The notes below the pieces were generated by a model that saw only the letters and a program-made list of their open reading frames with translations, was not told the DNA's origin and ran no database searches. From assembly GCA_973895155.1 (NCBI GenBank), contig OZ316893.1, positions 8,456,963-8,520,962 on the forward strand: DNA of 64,000 nucleotides, in the 5' to 3' direction. The translations under genes and the position numbers were made by a program. The stretch's first letter is position 1, and each line of letters opens with the position of its first letter. Origin of the DNA: Marsupella aquatica. Its lineage: Eukaryota > Plantae > Marchantiophyta. Of the stretch, positions 1-10,888 are shown in pieces.

Positions 1-220
1 TGATGGTGGGGGTGGTTGGGGCTCAGTATGGAAGCAGTCATCATCACGCATTGGAGAAGGGATGGTGTAATCGGGAAACTGTGCAACAAGTCGTCCTCTA
101 GAGTTGTTGGGGAATTAGTGATAATTGACACTCATAAATGAAATCAGCCATAGAAGATTAAAGGAATAAATTAAAGAACTCCAAAAGTGAAGTCTTTTTG
201 GACAATGAAAATAAAGTTTG

Positions 221-1080
221 CTATTGGCAATGAAGTCGGTAATAATCATCAAAAAGCTTGCAGCATGAAGCATCAAATGCATTCAGGCACGGATATGTAT
301 ATCGTGTAACTCTGGCAATCTCATTATTACCAGCCATGATGTGGGTTGGAGAAGCCGGTTGAACCATTTCGCAATCACTGTCTTCGATGTCTGCATTGTC
401 GTCCTCGGCATCTATGCTGATTGTAATTCCAGAATTGTGAAAACCTGACGAGACTGTAGTGGGTGGAGCCACGTTGGCTCGTTCACCAAGAATGCTATGC
501 ATCCAATCAAAATGTGGACACATCTTGTCCAATTTCCCTCAATTGTCATTCCAATCACGATTTCCTCCTCAGTCAATCCACCCCCGCTCTGGTTCTTCAC
601 CAACAATGCCTTCCGATACATCTCCTGATATCTACCACATTGCTTGCCCAGATTTGCTCCATCCATAGCTGGAAATCCGTGTTGAGCTAAGATGACGACC
701 ATAGATGCAAAAGCTGTCTTCTTGTTATGATACTTGGCCCCTATCCGAGTTTTCCTACCTGATCCATGGATTGCATCGAAGTGCTCTGGAACCTCTATGT
801 AATCAAGAATCTTTGAATAATCATCATACTTCAATTTCATGCCGCTGCCCCCAGGAAATCTAGACATTGAGCTTCTCCATGTAGTTTGTAACATTTCGCC
901 TTCAATTAGAGTTGTTGGTTGAACAGGACGTGGAGGAATAAAAGCCCTAGTTGGAGCTCTATGACAAGACGAATTAGTGGGAGTGGGAGACTGAGGTGAC
1001 TTGAGAGGGCTTGCATTCAGGTCATGGATTTCCATAGAGCATTGAGAAGAAAGAGGAGAGTTGGAATTGATGTGCTCCAT
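221..1080 (-). pseudogene. Frameshifted Myb/SANT-like accessory ORF of PIF/Harbinger type (putative)
   Basis: ORF 412-1080 (...YRKALLVKNQSGGGLTEEE...MTIEG) joins ORF 221-532 (KLDKMCPHFDWMHSILGERANVAPP) if one A is restored at ~533. The GGGL...CPxF...I.G.RAN pattern resembles Harbinger-associated DNA-binding proteins; recognised by eye only. Confidence 0.4.
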
Positions 1081-4000
1081 GTTTGAGTCTTGAGATGAAA
1101 TGCAATAATAAAAGAGGGAAGAGTGCTACGTTGTTTTTCCCTGGCCCATCCCTTGAGGTTCGTTAAAAAATGGGGCCCTATACATATTACCATTTTAGTG
1201 GTTCTTCAGGTTGTTGCCCATCCCTCGAGGTTTGTTCAAAAACGTGCCATGTACATATTCCATTAATAGTGCAGAAGGACAGTGATGGCAGACCGTCTCA
1301 AAATTCCCCCCCCCTTTTTAGTGGGCGTCATCCTTGGTCCGTAATAGGCGTCATCGCGGCTTCCTCTTGGCGGGCCTTCTCAAAATCTCCCCCCCCCCCA
1401 CTTGCATAGAGTCCATACTGGAAGCTCGGGGCCCTTGTAGTGGCCTTGCTCCCGGCCCCGTCTTGGCAGACCGGGGTCTCATAATTGAGACCCTCTATTG
1501 ACGAACCCTTGACTGCAACTACGGCAGACCAACCGGCTCTTTCCTACAGCGTTGATGTACCGGTATCTCCCAGTAGTGAATTGTATGATACCATGGACTG
1601 CGTTAATGTCTACCACATTTGTTCTTTCCACCATAGTAGTACCCCAGAGTGTGTGGTTAAACTACCACTATCCATATAAATATCGCTTGCGCCAAGACCT
1701 GGGCGGTTCATTTTCTCCTTGTGCCCGGCGAAGGCTCAGCAAACGAGTTCCAGCCCTAGCCAGAGGGCTCTATAATACCTGTTGGGTTAGCGAGTTTGCC
1801 AAAAAGTTTTTTGCTCCTATGCATTTGTCAGGTAGGTTTGTGACTGCCTTTGTGAGCATGAAAGTTGCTATGCTGCCATAGCCATGGGGGTTCCTCGGTG
1901 AGCTGGGCTCAAAAATCTTCTACCTTAGACGTGTTTGATACCTACAGATTTCATTGCTGTCATGCAAACCCTCGTCGACGCTTAACCACGTACTTGGGTT
2001 TGAGCGGCTACCCTAGTTAGCGGTGATCCTGATTAATTTAGGGCATTGCCAGGTAGATTTAGCGGCTGGTGAGCGACCGGCGCTAGGATTGCGGCTTGGG
2101 ATTTAACCCGCCTCACCGCCACCTAGAAGACGGCGGCACCGGATAGGGCCAGGTGGTCAATTAGGTTAGTTAGCTGGTAGGTTTGTCTAATCTGGGATCA
2201 GTCTATCTTGCACACCACTGTTTCGTCTTTTATGGTGAGGTTTCAGTGGCTGGGAGGGCTCCTCACAGATTGCTTTATTGGGTGAGGCAGCCCATCCCTT
2301 GGGATCCATTGGGTATACCTTCTGGGCCTCCCTTCATTCACTTCAGTTCTGAAGTGAATCCGGTTACAATTTCTAGTTTCTTGCTTAGTAGCGCTCGTTG
2401 ATTACACGTAGATGATCGTTGCATAGCGTGCCCATCAATTACATAGAGGGCGGTCGGTTTTTCATCGTTGAGTAGTGCTTACATTGCTGCCTTACAGTTT
2501 TCCGCCCATTTTAGTAAAGCGCATTACAGATTCACTTACTCCAGACTCACTTTGTCTCACGTTTTATTGAGTAGATAGGATGCTTTTCTTTTTTTGTTTT
2601 TGTAGCAAGTAGACAGCTGATAGGATAGTAAGTGTATTCACTAGACAGGTTTGCGGTTACGACACAGCTGGTACATCGATGCACTCTAGCACGATATTGC
2701 CTACATGAACCTAGTAAGGGTTGTCTTTCATTTGTCCATGTCTGTGATTCATCCTGTAGTGCAGAAGTGACCTGCCTATTTACCATGTGGCGATGGAGGA
2801 GAGCAAAGGAGAATAACAGTTTTAGATGTACTTCCCTTATAGTTCATCAATATCGCCTGGACTATGACTAGAATGTGGCCAAGTGGAGGAGTGGCGTGGA
2901 GGCTGGAGGAAGGCGCATGATGAGCAAGCAACACAAGGACTCACTAGTCCTACGAGCTACAAAGTATTGATAAAGAGGATCTATAGATTACCAGTGTATA
3001 AATTCTTAGTGTACAGTAGGCAATTTTAGTGTACATTAGACGAGACATTAGAAGTGTACAATTCTCAAATTCAAAAACTAATCACACGACAAGCAACAAT
3101 GTCCGCCTTAGAAAGGAAGGAGGTGAACAACCAATGAGAGTGGCCGCTCTGAGAATGACAATGTGTAAACCTCCAAAGTCTTTGTTATAACAACACTAGA
3201 CAACCTAAACTTCCCACATCTATGCAGAAATGTTTAAGCCAACACATTCTAGTGCAATGTTCAAATTCAAAGTCCTTATGGGCAAAAGTCTATTCAACAA
3301 CAAGAAGGCGAAAAGCATTTATTATTTTCCTGATCTCTGTTGCAATGTTGTGCTCTTCAGTATGCACAGATTTATAACTCCCCATTTTCATTCATAGTGA
3401 TAGCTATTTGAAGACCTTGTTCAAACACAATGGCTAATGCCAATATGAATCAAACTGGAAGATCATCGTCCTTCAATCAATCGTCCTTATTGTTTAGCCA
3501 AAGTCAAAATCAGTGGTGAACCTTGCCACCCAACGCTCTCACCAATCCCAACATCCACGCCTAAGTGCCCCTGGTGTCTGAATGCCTCCATGGAACTCCT
3601 TGAGCAAGCAACTTGATGCCCCTTGCATCGTCCGCGGCCACTCCCATACGAAGCCGTGTTTGCCCTCTAACACAATCGTCGCTCAATGGTCCTAATTGTC
3701 TGCACACGCAACCAAGTACCTTGGTAAGTACCCAACCGGATCTAGATCTCCCCAAGTGTGGCATCCCAACTCAAGCTCAACATACATTGGTAAGTAGGTC
3801 AGCGATAGGTCCTCCCGTTGCCATAAGCCGGAACCAAAGCCTGCACCCATTGTTCATCCAGAATAGCCCATCTTTGGGTGCAGCCCTGGTCCCCCTTGTA
3901 CCTATCCATCACCAACTGATCGCCCTGCCCCCAGGACATGCTCATGGCCCAAATAGCATAGCTTATCCTAAAGCTTGTCCCAAAATTTTCCCAACACGTC

Positions 4001-4912
4001 GGGATTAGCATGGCCCTAACTCTAGCAACCAACTCCTGGTTCTCACCCCACTGATGGCCTAGGGACCAAGTGCCCTTGGAACTCATTCTCCATGCCTACT
4101 TGGCCTTGCCTTCCCAACACAAGCTCCCTTGGGAGACTAAACATGGTTTGACAACTATTTTGGTAGGATTTGGCAAGTGAGCGAGATAACCCCCGCACTC
4201 GCCCCCGCAAACCCCGATAACTCATGACACCCCTAGACCCAGTTGAGCTCAGGAGGATGTAGTCCTCCTTGAATAGCAAAATAGACTTCCATAGAGGATG
4301 TAGTCCTCCTTGAGAGCAAAAAATGAGAATACCCCATTGGGATCTATCAATGCTTATGATGAACTGGCCATCCATCGGACGGGGCAAACAATAACGTCTT
4401 TTATCTCTCACATAACGTCTTCGGAGAACACTTGATGTACAACAAAGCTCTGGATTTGTGTTGTCGAAGATGGCCCTGCATTGTACTTCTCCTCTTCTAT
4501 GAATCCAAGGCCCTAGTTCTTTTCTAAATAGTCACGTTGTTCAATCTAAAAGAACAGACATAAAAAACAAATGTATTCAAGATTGTCAATCTTCCCATGT
4601 ATATCTTTGTATCTTTTGAAGACAAAAAAAGCAAAAGGCAACAAGCAAACCTAACTACTATTGGTATCGGCGAGCAAGTTTATAGATGGGTCTATGATGC
4701 CACAATGACCTGTCACTCTACGGGCAAGATTATGGCTTGATTTTTTACTCTACTCATGTAAATTGACCAGTGATCCATCACAGGATATCGTGTTTGATTT
4801 TTGTCAGCAAACATAGTCAACAATGTCTCATGCATCTTGTTACTCACTTGCTACCCCTCTGGTGGTGGACAAAAGAGTATGACAGCAGGGGAACAAAGAA
4901 TGGGATTGACAA

Positions 4913-5093
4913 AACTTTCCGAACCTTCTCTATTGGTCCCCTGTGTGAACCACAATTGTCCCCTCTGTGAAGCACACTTTCCGGACCTTCTCTATCGCTC
5001 CCTTGTATGAAGCACAATTAATTGTCTCCTCTATGAAGCACAATCGTCCCTTCTGTGAAACACAATTGTCCCCTCTACAAGGCACAATCGTCC
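4913..5093. repeat. Minisatellite, ~21-bp unit CACAATTGTCCCCTCTGTGAA, degenerate
   Basis: About 6 imperfect copies, plus a duplicated ACTTTCCG(G)ACCTTCTCTAT block. Confidence 0.75.
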
Positions 5094-6292
5094 ACGGAAA
5101 CCACCAATGTTGCTCCTTAATTTGTTTGGCCACGTTGAGGAGCTTTCTAACTTGATAAGACCTGGAAGTCACATACATACATACCATGCCTTATAGGGTG
5201 CCCTCAAGATGTCTCATGGGAAGGTGATGGCTTGGTTGATGGATGGTATGTCCATGCAAATATCTTCTTCTATTAGTGTTCATCATGGACGATATGAAGA
5301 GGAAGGGGATGTAATAACATTTGAGGATCCTGATCACTTTGGATGGATAAATGATGAGCACCTTGCTAATGAAGAGGACTTGGGACATTTGGGCTCATTG
5401 CTAAGGTACTTTCAATACCATTCATCATTGTACTTTTAAGATTGCATTCTTTCGATAATCTCTTATTTCCAGGTTTGCATTTGGAGTATCCCTCTTTAAA
5501 GAACTCTTCTTTTCTATGTGTTCAAAAAATTGGGGTTATCCAAAATTTAGAGGTTTTATTTTTGGTACATTAGCATTTAGTATTCTTGACCCATGTTTTT
5601 ATTTATTTATTGCAGTCATCTTGTGGTGCACCATCATCCAATCCAAATGGTGACAAATCCATTCCTAATGTGACATCACCTTCACATGAAGAGCAAGTTC
5701 ATTCAGACTCCGACACTAGTCTATTTGACCACATTCCATCCGGGAATGAGGATGTTGAGCACATTCCGGACTCCAACATAGAGGTGGAAGATTGTTCCAT
5801 AATGTCCAATTTCCAGGTAACTTATAGGTTTAGGGTTCTCAATAAATTTACTTTGTGCTACCTTGGCTCCATAAATTGACAAGTCATGCAAATGAGAAAG
5901 TTTAGTGTTTCATAGGTAATGCATTCATTTTATATAAAGCTTGCCTTCAACTAAGAAACAAATATTGCACCCTAAATCCTAAACATATGTCAAATAAGGA
6001 TGGACCCATTCATTTGCTGGATGTGGCTGATCCATCAACATTTAGACTAGACGATATGGTTTTCATGGATTTTGGATTTCAAGAGAATCACTCTCAGGTA
6101 TTATTTTTGAATTTGCACACTTTTGTCATTGTTATTTGCATCAATTCATAGGTTAGAATTATAATTTTGCAATTATGGCATTTTTATTTAACTTACCAAT
6201 TGTTGTGTGTTTTTCTAGGCATCTAGTTCTTTAGAGCCCTATTCTGAGCTGTACAAGATGACTCCCATTTGGCATTTGAGTATAAGTCACTT

Positions 6293-6580
6293 GGGGGGTT
6301 AACTAAGTGTATATTTTGGGGTACCACATGCAATCCTAACCTAATATAAATAGACATATTTTATAAAAAAATATTCCAAGCATATTCTCCATTTTCAATA
6401 TTAATAACCTATTTTGTTTTATAAAATGTATATATTAAAAAATATTATATAAAATTGAATTTATAATACGGTTTTTTGTCTCGTATTTTTTTTTTAATTT
6501 AGTTAATTTCTATAAAAAAATACCTATTTTGGATCGCACATGGTTCTTAAGATTTTTGATAGTCAACCTCCCAAGATGAG
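6293..6580 (+). repeat. Dispersed repeat / probable DNA-transposon end, also at 50617
   Basis: GGGGGGTTAAnTnAGTGTATATTTTGGGGnACCACATGCAATCCTA... is shared with 50617-50900, and similarity continues to TTTTGGATC.CAC.TG.TTC.TA. Confidence 0.7.
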
Positions 6581-7367
6581 CTATCATCTCAACAAAATAT
6601 GATTGAATCAGACCTTGAGAGTCTAGTGCAGTATGCTTTTTGGCAAAAGAGTTTAGGTTCACGTATTTTCCAACAGTTTTGTGTGAATTGTTGTATTGAA
6701 GGTTGTGTTAGCTAGTAAGTATTACATTAAGGACTTTATGACACACCATCAGTTGTAAATATTGAACTTGAAGTGCCCAGCCAGGCATGCACAATCTTTC
6801 ATGATCGGAGAAAATAAATTTCATATAGGTATGTCATCCACTCAAATTAAAACAATATTTTTGTACTTTTGTAGGCAATTGATTTAATCTTGTGTATATT
6901 CAAACCAAAAATTCACAAATCTTGTTTTATTGATGAAAACAAGTGTTCCTGCAATTACTAGACTAATTTATCATTCTGCTCTCTCCGCTGGTCTAACACA
7001 CAATATCATATGTGAACTTAGTCTCTCACATTCAAATCCATATTCCAAGAAACACACATTGGTTTCAATTTCATAATGGAGCCCGAAATAATATTGGATG
7101 GATTGGAGCAATACTCTAAGTTTAGAAAAATAAAAAATAAAGGTTTCAACAAAATATAGCAAAAAGAGATAGTATGTAAATCTTCATTTCAGTGAGGCAT
7201 GTGTTAGGTACATTAACTGATCAATTTTTGTTATTTACTTAGTACTAGGTTTTTAGAGCATGCATGTAAATAGTGATTTCTAAATATTTTTTGATGTGTT
7301 TATGATAATTGTAGATTTTATTTCAATGATTCTATATGTATATTGTAATTGAGATTCATTGTGTCTG

Positions 7368-8669
7368 GGATATCATGACACTGTTCCTCTGATAGACGTG
7401 ACTACTAGTAAGGTAGTAGAGCTTGTTACAATTGACCAAGTTGAGACTAGGAATTCAGGCACTATTGAGACAATTGGTGTTCGTCGTGCCTTGCAACATC
7501 TTTAGCATGTTGGGATTACAATTAATGAGGTTGTTCATGATGATAACAACAGAGTTGATGTTATTCTTCATGAGCTCAATGGTGATAACCAAAAGGATTT
7601 GTGGCACAAATGTAAGAATCTATTGAAGGAGTTAACAAAGAGTTAGCAAATCTGAAAGAAACATCCTTGGAAGGAATTAGGCAAATTCATTGTTTGGGTG
7701 TTGTAAGATTGGTGCAAAAATCAGGATTTGAAGGCTTACACAGGTAATAGGATAGAGTTGGTGCACTGCATTGAAAAACACATCTAGAGGACTTCAAGAG
7801 GAAGGCATCACATTGCACACTAGCAGACAATTAAAGTATCCAAAACTGACAAAGAAACAACTTGGTGATAAGTTCAAGAGTTGGTTCTACCATTGTTGCT
7901 ACAATGCAAAAGAAAGGTAGGATGATACAGAACTTATAGTGTTTAACTGCATTGAAATTAACTTGAGTGATTGAACTCTTAGATTGATTGAGCTAAGCTA
8001 ACTCTTTAATTGAATTGTAATGACTACTTACAAGGGAAATGATGATGCTATCATATTGGACATGGAGATCATCACTACAGCTGACCATTGAGCTGGTAAC
8101 CATGAACCCTGCAAAAACTTTTTCCTTGCAAGTGTTGTGAGGAAGATGCAATTTATATGCCATACTATATCGTTGGTAAGTGAAATGCTACTATTCATTA
8201 TACTTGATTGTAAGTTGGGTATGAGATCACGTGTTTGAATTGTTGGTAATCTAATCATTTTAGATTTCTAATATTTAAAAATGTGAATATTTATGGATTT
8301 TGCGGGGGAGCTACAAACATAGCTCTAGACCAATAGCTCTATAAGAACATGACTTCAATCAATATTTGTTTGTACAGTAGAGCCCGAGCAAAAATATTCA
8401 ATGAAAAATTTCATGGAAACATCAACAAATATGCTATGAAGAGGATTCAATTTTCTATGGCTCATGAAGCCCGCATGGCATATGTTGCAATGTGCTGGAA
8501 TGAAAACATTGGTCGAGAGATGATACGAGTTCGCACACGACAACATAGTAATACGTCATATGTCAGCGTACGTCAAAGGTTAATTTGTGACCTTGTTTGT
8601 AGAAGCATTAGATGCAAGAAAGACGTGGCCCGTATTATATTTGAAAGAGGCGTAGACTATGATTTGTGA
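7368..8669 (+). mobile_element. Decayed Kolobok/Mutator-like DDE transposase
   Basis: Translation GYHDTVPLIDVTTSKVVELVTID...IETIGVRRALQHL*HVGITINEVVHDDN...QKDLWHKCKN (DxWH at 7596), then KFKSWFYHCC, ADH*AGNHEPC and EKFHGNINKYAMKRIQFS.AHEARMAYVAMCWNENIGR. Stops at 7503 and 8089, frameshifts and probable introns. Confidence 0.65.
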
Positions 8670-9039
8670 ATACTTGATACATTTATTTTGGCCGAAAATT
8701 TCCACACTTGTCGTGCATTTGACATTTTGATGTATAAATTGTGGATTTAGTATATTCACTGCCATATTTTTAATCTCATATAACACCTTGCCATTTGTTT
8801 TTGTTTTTATAATATAGTATATATATGAGTAGAATATGAAAGTTAGGGTTTAGCACCATGAATAAAAGTTGTGAGTTGTGTTGTCTTTTGTGATTACTTG
8901 GGAAATGGCCATGGATAAAGTGTTTCTCACTTGCCCTCCCTATGAAAAGTAACATGCATGACATTGCATTATTGAAGAACTTAGTGGATACATTGCAACA
9001 TTTTTCTAAAATTTTACAATACTTCAAAGAGAAATTGAA

Positions 9040-10007
9040 CCCCTCATGTTGCCATCCAGTAGGAGTTTCAACCCAAAAGAGGGGGAAGGAGGCACAAGCC
9101 AAACAAAGACAAAAAAGAGTAACACAAAGAACCCATACAACGATTATACTAGTAAGAGATAAACAAATAAGGATACTTAAAAAAATCACAACCTCAAAAA
9201 TAAAAGGCAAAAACCAGGATGGTGTTTGCCTCGCAGCTCCCAAGGGTTTTGCACTACAGTTGGGAGAAGAGGAAGCACATGCCAAACAAAGAAAAGAAAA
9301 TAATATAGTAGAACAAAGAAAAGAAAATAATATAGTTAAACAAAGACTATATTATTGACAGGTTCAAAAAATATTACTGAAATAACTAATTTGCTACAAA
9401 ACTCTACTAATATTTGTAATAGTAATGTAGAGCAAAATGAGTTATTGACTCAAACTTTAATAGAAAATTTTAAACTTGGTAAAACAGACCCAAATAATTC
9501 AGTGAATTTCTTTGGGTCTGTTTATACTAGTAAAAGATAAACAAATAAGGATACATAAAAAAATCACAACCTCAAAAATAGAAGGCAAAAACCAGGATGG
9601 TGTTTGCATCATAGCTCCCAAGGGTTTTGCACTCCACTTGGGAGAAGAGGAGGCCCATGCCAAACAAAGAAAAGAAAAAAATATAGTTGAACAAAAAGAA
9701 GAAAATAATATAGTTAAACAAAGACTATATTATTGACAGGTTTCAAAAAATATTACTGAAATAGTTAATTTGCTACAAATTTCTACTAATATTTGTAATA
9801 CTAATGTAGAGAAAATGAGTTATTGACTCAAACTTTAATAAAAAAATTAAACTTGGTAAAATAGACCCAAATAATTCAGTTTATTTGGGTCTGTTTATAC
9901 TAGTAAGAGATAAACAAATAAGGATACATAAAAAATATCACAACTCCAAAAATAAAAGGCAAAACCCAGGATGGTGTTTGCATCGCATCTCCCAAGGGTT
10001 TTACACT
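9040..10007. repeat. Tandem repeat, ~375-bp period, ~2.5 copies, with hairpin+CTAG in two units
   Basis: TATACTAGTAA.AGATAAACAAATAAGGATAC recurs at ~9145, ~9523 and ~9896. The overlapping track ORFs are repeat translations. Confidence 0.9.
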
Positions 10008-10407
10008 AATGTGACTAACATTATTTTTTACTACAGTTCTACAGTGGACACGGGACAGCTCTGTATTCAGTGTCACCTCCTCCACTTGTTTTTCACACTC
10101 ACAATCGTACTTTTCATGGTAAGAAGACTCAAATTGTTGTCTCGCCTTGAGAGTTGCTCTTGTACAGATTATGTGGTTTTCTTCTATCTCTTTGGGAAGG
10201 ATAGCCTGGAAGAGGGTTGCCATCTACTGTAGTAGTTCTACTGTGACTTAGGTCTCCTAAGCTGAAAGGTTGGGAAGATTGTTTTGTGGCCAACTCAGAA
10301 CTTTCCTTTGGTGTGCGCAATGTAGTGCAATGAAATGTTGAGCTTTGACTACGGTGTGGAAAGGGGATGTGAACAAGATATCTTGTTGCAGGGTTCTATT
10401 ACGAATT

Positions 10408-10888
10408 ATGACTGCTAAAGACGTTGCTTATTGACGTAGATCAAGATAAACTACCAGTTTGCCGAGATTTTTTACATAACAAGTGTTCAAGAGATACAAC
10501 GTGCAGATATGTTCACCCTGAGCGCCACACAGAGGTGAGATAACTGCTTTTCAATTACTTATTTACTTAACGGTTTCTGGCCATCTTTCTTTTTCATGGA
10601 AATGGTCTTAGCGGATGCAAATTCGTTTTTGTATGGTACATGGTAGCCTGATGTCTATGTTCTTGTTTACAGGTTGTTGACAATCATGTGACCCTCTGTA
10701 GAGATTCTCTACGGGGAAAGTGTAAAAGGGAACTGTGTCGTTTCTATCATCCGTCAAGAAAGGCACCTGCGTCGCGAGAAAATGGCCATCAATCACCTGC
10801 AAATCTGGAGTCCTCACACTCGTCTGACGTAGGTGCCAATCTGAGCTCTGGAACAGTATCACCAGAAGGTGATGGATTAACCGCCTAA
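10408..10888 (+). CDS. Muscleblind-like tandem CCCH zinc-finger gene (2 exons; 5' end frameshifted or incomplete, may be a pseudogene)
   Basis: Exon 10433-10534, GT-AG intron 10535-10672 and exon 10673-10888 give DKLPVCRDFLHNKCSRDTTCRYVHPERHTE|VVDNHVTLCRDSLRGKCKRELCRFYHP... The nearest ATG (10408) is 1 nt out of frame. Confidence 0.7.

Noticed and set aside
1410-2850. Possible solo LTR (TATAAATA at ~1675, GC-richer block)
   Set aside because: No clear TG...CA pair, TSD, PBS or second copy found.
3561-4411. Cluster of overlapping 67-131 aa ORFs
   Set aside because: No recognisable motif in any frame; likely old TE debris.
8776-10232. ORFs of 107-169 aa
   Set aside because: They are translations of the tandem repeat on both strands.
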